From positions 43,921,166 through 43,985,165 of the forward strand of contig NC_058135.1 in assembly GCF_016433145.1 (NCBI RefSeq): a stretch of DNA of 64,000 bases. Direction: 5' to 3'. The notes under the pieces are model-generated. The model made no database searches and had not been told where the DNA came from. It saw only the letters and a program-made list of their open reading frames with translations. This document shows, one piece after another, positions 48,780 to 59,668 of this stretch. The DNA is from Gracilinanus agilis (lineage: Eukaryota). Made by a program: the position numbers and the translations under genes. Within the stretch, counting starts at the first letter, position 1; the number at the start of each line of letters is the position of its first letter.

Positions 48780-50620
48780 TAAGGCCAGTTTTCAGCTTTC
48801 ACCATAGCTGTAGCCATTCCAGTCATCTGTCTTCACTTTCCTAAGCTAATCTAACCTTTTTTTTCCTTCAAAAATTTGACTAGTTCAATGTTACATTATC
48901 TTCTGCCTCTGAATCCCTTATTCTATCACAGCTTATTCTTTTTCAAACTCCAGATGTGGAGATGTGGATTACTCCCATCATCTGCCTTCCACACTTTAGA
49001 TATTACTGAATGTAGCTGGAAGAATCCATATAACTGTGCTAATTGGATCGATTAAAAACTTACATTATCTAGTCTCAGCGTGGCCCACCAACTTTGTTTC
49101 ACTCTTCCTTTTGTGACCATCATATTCCCCTTTCAGATCTTTTCTTCTTAAGCTATCAGTATCAGCTCTTCTGCCCTCCTCTGAGCATACCTCACCTCAT
49201 ATTTCACTGAAAAAATTGAGACCATCCATGGAAAAACTCCTTTCCCCTCTAATTCCACACTCTGGATCTCCCCAACAATTGCCCCAATATTTCCTCCTTT
49301 TATCTAGTCTTTGAGGAAAAAGTGGCCCTTCTTCCTAACAACAACTTCTCTATTTATGTCCTCAGTCCCATTGCCTTCTGTTTATTCTTGGGGTTTATTT
49401 ACCTCCTCTTTTCCATTCTTACCCTAATTTTTAACCCTTCTTTATCACTGGATTTTCCCCTGCTACCTGTAATTATGCCCAGATATCTCTCATCTTTTTA
49501 AAAAACAAACCAAAAAAACAGCTAGGTGATGCAGTGGATAGAGGGCTGGGCTTGGAGTCAGAAAGACCTATGTTCAAATCCAGCCTGTAAATACTTATTA
49601 AAGTGTGACCTGGGCATGTCACTTAATCTTTGTTTGCTTCGGTTTCTTCATCTATAAAATGAAGATAATAGTAGCACCTTCCTCCCAGGTTTGTTGTGAG
49701 TATCAAATGAGGTAATTGTAAAGTGGTTAGCACAGTGCTTGGCACATAGTAAGCACCATATAAAATGTTAGCTCTCATCATCAACATCTTCATCATTATT
49801 ACTCAGCCTTACTATCTCTTCAAATTTATCATCCTATGTCATATCTTTTCCTACCATTTGCAACCAAACTCCCAGGAGGGAATGGTAGGGGATAAACTTG
49901 CTTCCTCTTTCTCACCTCCCACCCATTTCCCTGCCAACCCAATGTAATTTGGCTTCCAGCCCAACCACTCAGCTGAAACTGCTTTATCCAAGGTCACTGA
50001 GTTCTTTTTTGCTAAGTCTCTTCTCAGGCTTCAGCCTTCTGCAACTTTTCTGAGTCATAATATAGCTAGCTTCTCTTGCATTCTCTCTCTTCTTTGAGTT
50101 TTTCTTGACACTCTTGTAGCTCTCTTCCTACCCATTTTGTCTGATACTCCTCAGTCTCCTTTGGTGGATTATTGTCTGTACTCCATGCCCAAAGTGTGGC
50201 TATTCTACAGGCCTCTGGCCATGACCATTTCTTTATACTGTATATATGTATATCTCCTGTCTTGGTGATCTCATCTGCTCATTTGGATTCAGCTATTGTC
50301 TCTCTGCAGGATGACTCCCAAAGCCACATGTCTAGCCCTCCCTCCGTCCCTCACCTGAGCTCCCATCCCATATCATCAACTGTTTTGACCATTGGATATT
50401 TCCACCTGCATAGCTAACTCAGTGTACCCAGAAGAGAACTCATTACCTTTTTGCTAAACTCTCTCTACTTCAATATTGCCATTTCTCTCAAAATCACTTC
50501 TAGTTCTCCAGGTTCACAACCTTTGTAACTTAGTTATGCCCCTTATCTAATCAGTTAATCTGTGCCCAGTCTCATTAATTCTTCCTTCATGCCTTTCAAG
50601 ACTGTCCCCTTCTCTTTCAG
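48780..50620 (+). mobile_element. L2 LINE fragment with nested MIR (about 49520-49790)
   Basis: L2 motifs flank a MIR (gctaggtgatgcagtggatagag...tataaaatgaagataatagtagcacct). Confidence 0.6.
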
Positions 50621-50847
50621 ATGATTCACAGTCATTAACCCTCTGCTTTTGAGGATTTACAGCTCTTCAACACACCTAGACTGGTTCAGACCCTCTCATC
50701 TCTTGCCTCTGGTGGTAGCAGTCCAGGGCTGAACAGAGCAGGCTGAACCTAGATGCTCATCCTTATGACAAAAGGAAACACTTGGAGTCTGTAAAACAGT
50801 TTTAAAAATGGAGGTTTACTTAGGAAGGAAAGGACCTTCAGTCTAGG

Positions 50848-51208
50848 CAGCGATGGCAAACCTATGGCACAGGTGCCAAAGATGGCATGCAGAGCACTCT
50901 CTGTGGGTACACCCTCCCCCAGTTCATTACTAGAAAGGCAGAGGGACTCAGGTGGAGCTGCTCCCCTCCCCTTCTCTCCTATCCCTCTGCCCAGCAGCCC
51001 AATGGGAGCACACAGAGATGGATGGCTCACAAACAGCAGAGCTGGAGGGGAGCAGAGCACTCAGGTCACTCCCCTCCCCCTCTCTACACTCAATGAGGAC
51101 ATTTCTCACTTCACCCACCCCTCTGCCTAGCAGCCCAATGGAAGAGTTGAGTGGGGGGGATGGGGATGGCCCCCAGCACTCCATCTCTTAAAAGGTTCAC
51201 CATCACTA
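50848..51208. mobile_element. Non-autonomous hAT element, family 3 (about 360 bp)
   Basis: TIRs CAGCGATGGCAAACCT/AGGTTCACCATCACTA; imperfect TSD gtctagg/gtctggg; internal duplication of cctctgcc(c/t)agcagcccaatgg. Confidence 0.8.
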
Positions 51209-52589
51209 GTCTGGGAGGTGTCTAGGCTGAAGCTTTCTTACCTCTGTCCAGTCTGCCCTGTAGGCTGAGCGTGAAGGCCCAGCTGGGGCTTCTGGAGACC
51301 AGGAAGTCTGAGGCCCTGATCCTATTAAACTAGAGGAGAGTTTCAGTGCCTTTTAAGAAAAAAAAGTAGCCCATCCCCTATCCTATAGTTCTATTCCAAC
51401 CACCAAGAACATCCAGTAGATCTTTCTATTACCACCGCAGTCCCATCTTCCACTGCTAAATTAATCATCCCAAAGGCACAGGTCTGACATTGTCTTTCTT
51501 TTTTCTTAAGATGCTTCAGAGGCTTCATTTTGTCTTTAGAATTAGATTCACACTTGTCTGTTGGGTACTTCAAGCCCATTGCCATTTGGTTCTAGGTTTT
51601 CTGGGCTGATTCTATCTTATTTCCCTCCCCCTCCCCCCCCCCCCATGCACTCAGCCTTCTATCTTCTATCTTCAGAACTCTTTCCCTGTCTACCACGTTG
51701 GGAACACTCTCCCTCCTTACCTCTGACTCTTGGAATCCTTTGCTGCTTTAAAAACTCAACTTAAGATGCCTTTTCTGATTTCCCACAGTTGCTAATGTCT
51801 ACCCTGAAGTCACTTTGGATTTTTTATTTATCTCATATTTACTTAATATGTTGTGGTTCTCGCCTTCCCACCAGTCAAGTGCCAGCAGTGAGCCTTTATG
51901 AAGCCCCATACTGCGTGCCAGGCACTATGTTAAGCACTGGGGAGAGAAAGGCAGGCAAAAGACAAGTCAGAAAGCTGGGGTCTGAGGGGGGAGACAACAT
52001 GCAGACAAGCTCTAGACAGGCATTCCTGCTTCTTGGGTGCTGTGGGCTTTCCTGCTTGTATTCCTATGGCTTGGCCCAGGCCTGGCACATGGGAGGTGCT
52101 AACCTAGGGCTTATTGATTGAATCATTATTTGACTTGAAGCACATCTGACAGCAAAAGTGTACTTGATTATGTGGATTGTTCTAATTGATTTTTCCAGAT
52201 AGCTGTTTCCCTTTCATAGTTTCTTTAAAACAGATTAAAAAGTGCAAAATTACATTCATTAGCTGCTTTGATGTGTTTTTACTCTGGGTAGAACTATTTT
52301 AAGGAGTTAAATTGTCTTTTTGAAAACCATGAGTTTTTTTTTAACAGGTATCACAGTCTCTGAATAATAGAGGTAAATCATTACATGTTTCCAACCCCCC
52401 AAAAAAGATTAGTTTGAGATGCTGGGTGGCATTGAGGTGAGAGAGAGACACAGCCATGGTTTTAAAGGGGAAAAAAATGCAGAGGGAGTTTTGTTTCATT
52501 TCAGATTCTTCTTCTTGGGGTTCTTTGAGGCTCCTAAGCAGGCAAATATCAAAAACATAATGGTTAGACTTTCCCTTTTTTCCCTAAGG

Positions 52590-52850
52590 CAGCTAAGGGT
52601 TACAGTGGCTTAAGTGCTAGACTGGAATCAGGAAGACCTGAGTTCAAATCCAATCTCAGACAATCACTAGCTGTGTAAGGCTGGGCAAGTCCTTTCAACT
52701 TGTCTGCCTCTGTTTCCTCATCTGTAAAATGTGGGTGATAATAATAGCATCTTCTTCCCAGGGCTTCGTGAGGATAAAATGAGTTAGTATTTATAAAGCA
52801 CTTTTATGGGTCTTCAAGTACTATAGAAATGGTAGCTGCTATCTTTAATG
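52590..52850 (+). mobile_element. MIR-type SINE
   Basis: gaagacctgagttcaaatcc...ctgggcaagtc...tttcctcatctgtaaaatg. Confidence 0.75.
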
Positions 52851-53374
52851 GTTGCTCCTCTTGGGACTCAAACCTCGTCTCCCCCTCAGAAATGTTACGC
52901 ACCCCCCCCCCAGCATCTTTGGAGGCGTCTGCTTTCCTTCATCCCCAACCCAGCACTGAGCCGCACAGCCTTCCTGCATCTCCTCTCCCAGCCTCCAGGC
53001 CACATCAGTCCATGTCCTCTTCCCCACTGACATAGTCGCCCCTTTGTCTTCCTGCCCCCAGCACGGGCAGGGTTCCTGGTGTGTAGTAAGGGGCAGACCT
53101 GGCGTTTATGCCACCCTTGAAGTTTTGCTCATTGTTACCTCATTTGATCCTCATCACAACACTGCGTGATGTCAATGCTCTTGGCCCATCTTACAAATGA
53201 GGAAACCGAGGCTCAGAGAGGCTAAATGGCTTTCCTAGAGTCACCCAGCCATCACTCGCTGAGGAAGGATTTGATCTCGGGGCCCCCAGTCTGTTATACT
53301 CCCTAGCTTGCTGCCTGTTGGGCGGCTCTTCTCAGGTGTTTTACCTTCATGGATTGATCCATTCTGTTCCTCAG

Positions 53375-53518
53375 ATGTGATTAAGTTGCAGCTGGTTGAA
53401 GCGGGCCTTGTAGAGTGCCTGCTAGAGATCGTGCAGCAGACTGTGGACAGCGAGCGAGAAGAGGATATGGCCGAGCTCAAGACGGCCTCAGACCTGATGG
53501 TCCTGCTCCTGCTGGGAG
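53375..53518 (+). CDS. RAP1GDS1: RAP1GDS1 exon 8 (144 nt)
   Basis: ctgttcctcag|ATGTG...CTGGGAG|gtgagt. Translates DVIKLQLVEAGLVECLLEIVQQTVDSEREEDMAELKTASDLMVLLLLG. Confidence 0.97.
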
Positions 53519-53641
53519 GTGAGTCTCCCACAGTGGGGCTGGGGCGCCTGGGGGCTGGGGGGTGGGGGGGAGAGTGGTGTGTGTGGGGGTGTGCCTGGGG
53601 GCTGGCAGCCTGGAGTGCTCAGGGCTTGGCTTCTCATGCAG

Positions 53642-53773
53642 ATGAGTCCATGCAGAAGCTGTTCGAAGGAGGGAAAGGCAGCGTGTTCCAGCGGGTCCTC
53701 TCCTGGATCCCTTCCAACAACCACCAGCTGCAGCTTGCTGGCGCCTTGGCTATAGCCAATTTTGCCCGTAATG
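53642..53773 (+). CDS. RAP1GDS1: RAP1GDS1 exon 9 (132 nt)
   Basis: ttctcatgcag|ATGAG...CGTAATG|gtgagt. Translates DESMQKLFEGGKGSVFQRVLSWIPSNNHQLQLAGALAIANFARN. Confidence 0.97.
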
Positions 53774-54209
53774 GTGAGTAGATGGCACTGCTGCGGCTTC
53801 TTCTTCAAACGAGCCGGCCCATGCCAGTGCTGTCACGGTGGGGGGCGTTCTTGGGGAGAGGCCTCTCAGCTCTGAGCCCGGCGCTCCTGGGGACGCTTCC
53901 CACGCACCGGGCCGAGGCAGGCTCAGGCGCCTTTGGCTAGGCTTTTCCAGCCGGACTGGAAAAAGTCCAGGGGCAGGATCCTCTTTCATAGGGTTCGCCC
54001 CCATGTGCCAAGGACTGTGTCTCCCCCTGCCCCCCACAGCCGCCGCTCCCCAGCCTGAGGCTCGGGGACTGCCCCCATCAGAGCCTCGCTCCTGGCTAAG
54101 ACTACACGGAAACACAGCCAGCGCTCACACGGTGCTGCGAGGTTTGAGACACACTTAAACGTGTAGGTACCGCTGTTATCCTCATGTCGCAGATGACGAA
54201 ACCGAGCTA

Positions 54210-54392
54210 GACTTTTCTTTTTAAGTCTGTGTATTGGTTCTAAGGCAGAGGGAGCAGTAAGGGGGCTAGGCAGTGGGCTGACAGGACCTGTTCAGGGCCA
54301 GCTAGCTAGGAGGTATCTAAATCCAGATTGGAACCCAGGACCTTCCCATGGCAGGCCTTGCTCTCCATCCACTGAGCCACCTGACTGCCCCC
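54210..54392 (-). mobile_element. Opossum-type SINE inserted into a MIR
   Basis: ...ttctaaggcagag...ccactgagccacctgactgccccc. MIR halves lie at about 54170-54209 and 54393-54505. Confidence 0.7.
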
Positions 54393-54708
54393 ATGAGACA
54401 AAGATTAAATAACTTGCCTAGGAGCACGTGGCTATTGAGTGCCTGAGACAGAACTTGAACTGAGATCTTCCTAACTCCAGGACCAGGGAGTGCAGCCACC
54501 CAAGGACCTGTCAGACTTGTCGTTGGTCCCAGGGCAGGGTTGAGGCTCCCTGGCGGTTTTGCTCCAGCTAAGGGCTCTGACCAGTGATGGGCTAGAGGCC
54601 TTTCTTTGCTTCCTGTGGGGGGGATACCTGCATTACCCGTATTTTCCCTCAGAGCCGCTATGTCAGCGCTATAGCCTACGAAGCCCAATAACTCTTCATT
54701 TTGTTCAG

Positions 54709-54843
54709 ATGGAAATTGCATCCATATGGTAGACAATGGAATCGTGCAGAAACTCATGGACCTTTTAGACAGGCATGTGGAAGATGGGAACGTGACCGTT
54801 CAGCACGCCGCCCTGAGCGCCCTCAGGAACCTGGCCATTCCAG
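54709..54843 (+). CDS. RAP1GDS1: RAP1GDS1 exon 10 (135 nt)
   Basis: cattttgttcag|ATGGA...ATTCCAG|gtaagc. Translates DGNCIHMVDNGIVQKLMDLLDRHVEDGNVTVQHAALSALRNLAIP. Confidence 0.97.
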
Positions 54844-55496
54844 GTAAGCCCTGGGGCCGGCTCGAGCAAAGAGCCCTGCGGGTGCTTCCCTACGCCTGCA
54901 AAGTCTCTCCATCCCTCCTGGCTCCCCTTCCCCACCGCGGGCAGGTCAGATGCCCAGGCTGTCCATGTACAGTTCCCTCAGACTCTAGCACCTCCTCACG
55001 GTCCCCCCAGCTTCCGCTTCTCTCCTCCCCAACACTCCCCAAATAACTTTCCGAGAGCATCTGCCCATCTGGCAAAGAATGACCTCCTCAGCCTGGTGCT
55101 CAGAGCCTTTCCCTCCTGCCCTCTTCCCATGCCCTCCTACGGCCCGAGAGCCAGTGGGAGGCTTGGGATTGATTCTCCCCAGTTCTCAGTCCTGCCTTCC
55201 CCCCCAGATTACCTTGCATTTGTAAGCTGTGAGCACCTTTGTGCCTGGCAGGTTTGGTTTCAGCGTCTTCCCCCACATTTTAGGATAGTGCTTTGTACCC
55301 ACTTAATAAATGCATTTTGAAATGAATTATGTGAACGCCGTACCCTGATACTATGTTCTTGTTATAAGCTTTGGTAGCATCCTACAGAGGCAAGAGCTAG
55401 GGAGAAGCTATATTCATTTTCTACAAGGTTTGCTTTGATCGCATCCTTAGTTGAAGAAAAATACTTAGAGCACAAAAACAATGGGTTTTTACCTAC

Positions 55497-55697
55497 TTTT
55501 TTTTTTAAACCCTTGATTTATGTCTGAATCAATACTAAGTATCCATTCTAAGGCAGAAGAGCAATAAGGACCAGACAATTGGGGTTAAGTGACTTAGCCA
55601 GGGTCACATCACTGTGAAGTGTCTGAGGTCATATTTGAACCCAGGACCTCCTATCTTTAGGCCTAGCTCTCTATCCACTGATCCACCTAGTTATTTT
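55497..55697 (-). mobile_element. Opossum-type SINE
   Basis: T tail + aaacccttg...ttctaaggcagaag...tttgaacccagg...ccactgatccacctag. Confidence 0.8.
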
Positions 55698-56916
55698 TTT
55701 CCTCTTTTACACAATGAGATCCTAACCTTTGAAAATCTCCATATGAGTCCTTGAGAGCAGGGTACCAGCAGGCTGCCTAAGCAGTAGCAAATTGACCCAG
55801 GTAAGACATTATTTGAAGAGGGGAAGCTCTTGGGCTCATCCTTGGGCCCAGGAATATAGCCCCTGCCCTTCCAAACTGGGCTAGATCCGGAGACCCAATC
55901 TCAAGAAGAGAAACAATCAATCTAGAGAAAAAAAGAAAAGAAAATCTCCATCACACTGTCCTTTGGGATTAAAGGACGTCTAATCACCAAGTTTCTAAGT
56001 TTTAAGTTTATTTACTTTTCAGTCTCTTCATTGATTCATCCTGATGTGAATGAGTCCATATGAACTTGAAGTCCTGAGATGACTTTGGTTTGTACGGCAG
56101 ATTTTTAAGTTATGTGTATTCTAGGTGCTAGGGGATGACTTGCATGTACCTGTAATTGATTTCATTATTGCTCTTGGTGAGGAAATTCCCCCCACAGATG
56201 CAGATTGATAACTGTCCTTTTTAGGATTTTCTTTGGCTTTTCTTTAGTCTATAATAGCCTATAATAGAAGCTGCTAAACAGCTGGGGAAGAGTTGTGTGA
56301 AGTCAAAGATTAATTAATTAAGTTAATTAAATTACATTTTCTTTCTTTTTCTGAACATCAGTAACAGAAATTCTAATAAACAAAGAACTAATGAAAGATA
56401 ATTATAAAACCATAAGATTTTTCTGATCATATTAAACAGTAACAAAATTGCCCTGTTTGTGTCTCCTTCTGAACTTGATTTCTTCAGTGTATTTTCTAAT
56501 GTAGTTGCATCCCTGCTTACTATCTACTAAGTCATTCCCTAGCACCTAGAAGCCCTCCACTGTAACAAATCACTATAGTCAAGCAAACAACATTCTCCCT
56601 CTCTGAAAAGGTAGATCTTAATTTGCACCTCTAGTCTTATCATCTCTGCCCAGAAGCAAAAAGTGTGTTTCATCCTTGTTCCTTTGAAGTCAACATTGGT
56701 AATTTTAACAACTATTCTACAGCCAATTTACTGTCATAGATAGTTTCTTGGAGGACTCAGAGGTTAAGTGATTTGCTCAAAATGTTTTTTTAAAGTAGGT
56801 ATTATTTTAAATTATGGAAAAGTATCTAGATTATCTCCAGAGGTAAAACTATCATATGTTAATCATCTGGAATCCCAATTCCATTTTTATCAAAGGTATT
56901 TTTTTTCTTTATCTAG

Positions 56917-57042
56917 TTGTAAATAAAGCAAAGATGCTGTCAGCAGGTGTTGCAGAAGCAGTCCTGAAATTCCTCAAATCTGAGATGCCTCCTGTGCAGT
57001 TCAAACTCCTGGGAACATTAAGAATGTTAATAGATGCACAAG
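56917..57042 (+). CDS. RAP1GDS1: RAP1GDS1 exon 11 (126 nt)
   Basis: ttttctttatctag|TTGTA...GCACAAG|gtaaaa. Translates VVNKAKMLSAGVAEAVLKFLKSEMPPVQFKLLGTLRMLIDAQ. Confidence 0.97.
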
Positions 57043-57839
57043 GTAAAAAATAATTGCCACCCTATTTGTGAATTAACTAGTGATCTCTTACTATAGCTTC
57101 TAATTGAAAAATGAATTTTGTTCTGTTTTCACATTTATAAAAAAATTTGAGATAACTGTATCAAATGAAAGATACATACGGTTATCTTAAATCAATTTAC
57201 TATGCTTCAGTATAAGTTTGGTTTTGCCTTGGATACTCCTAGCAATAATAACAAGCTATTAAAATCAAGCTCTCTTCAGGATTCTCCTTAATTCCTACAT
57301 ACAGATGTTATTTAATTGGACATTCACTATAAGCAGATTAGGAACCTGCCCTTTTAAAAATTCTGTTCCTTTACTGTTTTTACCTTGCTTTCCTTCCTAC
57401 CATTAAGGTCTGATAAACTTGCTAACATCTGACTGAAAACACAGTAAATAGCTTTCTTTTTATAAAGACCAGCTTTTGTAGACCTTCAATGATCTACATT
57501 GCCCCTCTTACTTTGAAATGAAGAATTAAATTAATAAACCATTTCCTTAAATGGCACCTGTCAGTCCCAAAGTGCCCAGGTACTAAAGGGCCATGAGGTT
57601 TACCCAGAGGAGGAGGAAGGTATCAGGTGCTTATTGTTTGCAACACAAGGCATACTATTTTGGCACTGCCCAAAAAACCCCAAAATGACTCAGTTGGATA
57701 AAGTGTTCTGAGGTCTCATTTTCCTGGAATGATTTATTTTTTAATCCTGTGCTCTCTTCCCACCTCATAACATTTGCAAGTTTCAGCTAAATTGCTGACA
57801 GAATTTTGCACCTTTGTCTTCTGCCTTTTTCCCCTATAG

Positions 57840-57979
57840 TAGAAGCTGCTGAACAGTTGGGAAAGAATGTCAAACTAGTCCAGCGCTTGGTGGAGTGGTG
57901 TGAAGCCAAAGATCATGCCGGCGTCATGGGGGAGTCAAACAGACTCCTGTCTGCCCTCATAAGACACAGCAAATCAAAA
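57840..57979 (+). CDS. RAP1GDS1: RAP1GDS1 exon 12 (140 nt; tandem TAGTAG acceptor)
   Basis: ccttttttcccctatag|TAGAAG...TCAAAA|gtaagt. Translates VEAAEQLGKNVKLVQRLVEWCEAKDHAGVMGESNRLLSALIRHSKSK. Confidence 0.96.
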
Positions 57980-58447
57980 GTAAGTGTGGAGGAAGTGACC
58001 ACTAAGCAACTTAAGTGAAGACTGCAAGGGAACCCCATAATGTGTCACCCCAGCATAGCCCCTTCCACACAGGCAGTGTCAGAGAAGGCAGAATTCACCT
58101 ATTTGTCAAATGGCTGAGGTAACCACTCCTTCTCCAGATAAAAGATGGGAGATTGAACATCTTTCTAATCCTTCTCTGACTGAATGGCTTCAGTATTTCC
58201 TGGGTCAGGTGTCTAATGCCAGTACCTTTTTTTAGGGCTCAGATTAAAAAGAAAGGGCATCTTACCTGTTTTATTATTTATTATAATTTCCTCCACACTA
58301 ATCAAAAAGCAGTAGTGAAGGAAGAGGCTGCCAAACTGTTCACTGTGTAAAATAAACATTGAGCAGTGGCCAAATGCAGATAAAAGAAGGCAGGTGGGTT
58401 TCTCACTTTTTTTTTTTAAATATACTTTCTGAAACCTCCTTTTTGTA

Positions 58448-58527
58448 GAAGGGGAGAAGGTATCTATTAACAATTTACTTACATATTGTAAGGGTGAAAA
58501 ATTGTTAATAGATACCTTTTCCCCTTC
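58448..58527 (+). other. 80-nt hairpin with a 29-bp stem (pre-miRNA-like or foldback relic)
   Basis: 58448-58476 pairs with 58499-58527 (28 Watson-Crick pairs + 1 G-U). Confidence 0.85.
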
Positions 58528-59257
58528 ATTTTCCCATGATGATACAACTGACAGTGAAGTGGAAATAACTGAGCATTTTCCAGAATTGGCAAAGGAAGCC
58601 ATCATATGCCTGGCTCCTTTCTCATTCAGGTACTCATCCAGTACCTCCTGGAGGTTAGTACTCTCCCCCTCTGTGAAAAGTTTGCTTTAATTTTATCAGG
58701 CTCCTGACAATCACTAGGTCCTAAGGAGATCCATTTTCTTGTTTGCTTTAAGCAAGAGTCCACAGTAATAAAGGAAACTGATTCACTAAAATGGGTCTGA
58801 TGTCCCCAAAACAACAACAACAAAATAGGTTACTCTTGTTTTCAAGTTCCTGTTTCTAATTAAATTCGAAATGGTTTTGAACTACAAAGTCCCCATTCAG
58901 TTACATTGTGACAGTCATGCTTCATTTTCATCATTTTCCTTCAGTAGTGTAGATTAGCAAGTGTGTGTTTATTCAGAAAGGGTTCAGAGTTCCAAAATCA
59001 GTCAAAATTTGTTAGACTTTCTTCCTCTGTACACAGTGCACTACTGAATATGTTTGCTGAGCCTTTGAAGATGGGTTGTCTCTTTTAACAAGTTATGATC
59101 TATATTAAGAATAGAAATTCTTTTCCCTCTTCTTTGTGCCTGTAATGGCACTATATTTTACTAAAAAGACATGAGTAGCAGAAATCAAACTCCAAAGTTT
59201 TAGTAGTCAAGCCCTGTTAAATTATGTACATATCAAGAACTAGTGAATTGTTTATAG

Positions 59258-59449
59258 CAGTGGTTCCCAAACTTTTTTGGCCTACTGCCCCCTTTCCAGA
59301 AAAAATATTACTTAGCGCCCCCTGTCACATATTATCACTGTCCCCTTACAGTTATTCACCGCCCCCAAATGCACCTGTGGCCATTACCGCCCTCCTGGAT
59401 CACTGCAGCACCCACCAGGGGGCAATGGCGCCCACTTTGTGAATCACTG
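59258..59449 (-). mobile_element. Non-autonomous hAT element, family 1 (192 bp)
   Basis: TIRs CAGTGGTTCCCAAA...TTTGTGAATCACTG; TSD GTTTATAG/GTTTTTAG. Confidence 0.92.
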
Positions 59450-59635
59450 GTTTTTAGGTACAGTCAGCCAGCTTTCCTTTATTTGCATGCTGATCACACC
59501 TACATTTGGGCTTATTTACAGCAATTCTTGCTTTCAATTTCTTTTTTACCTAATCACATTGACTGTAGCCCAACAAAATCTGGAAATGCATTTTGATCTA
59601 GCAAGTGACTTTTGGCCAGCGTGGGAGGGAAGATG

Positions 59636-59636
<1 letters not shown>

Positions 59637-59667
<31 letters not shown>
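59637..59667. repeat. (TG)n microsatellite
   Basis: Seen directly. Confidence 0.95.

Positions 59668-59668
<1 letters not shown>

Larger units (their letters stand above)
53000..55200. other. Intragenic GC/CpG-rich island over exons 8-10
   Basis: About 25 CpGs in 53761-54180; exon GC3 of 64-73% versus 26-38% in exons 6, 7, 11 and 13. Confidence 0.85.

Noticed and set aside
53308-53781. 157-aa ORF as a single exon with its own start
   Set aside because: It is exon 8 + in-frame intron 8 + exon 9 with canonical splice sites; the TTG start lies in intron 7.
53750-54757. Antisense ORFs (121 aa and 146 aa) in the GC island
   Set aside because: Long ORFs are expected in GC-rich DNA; they cross SINE sequence and show no domain.
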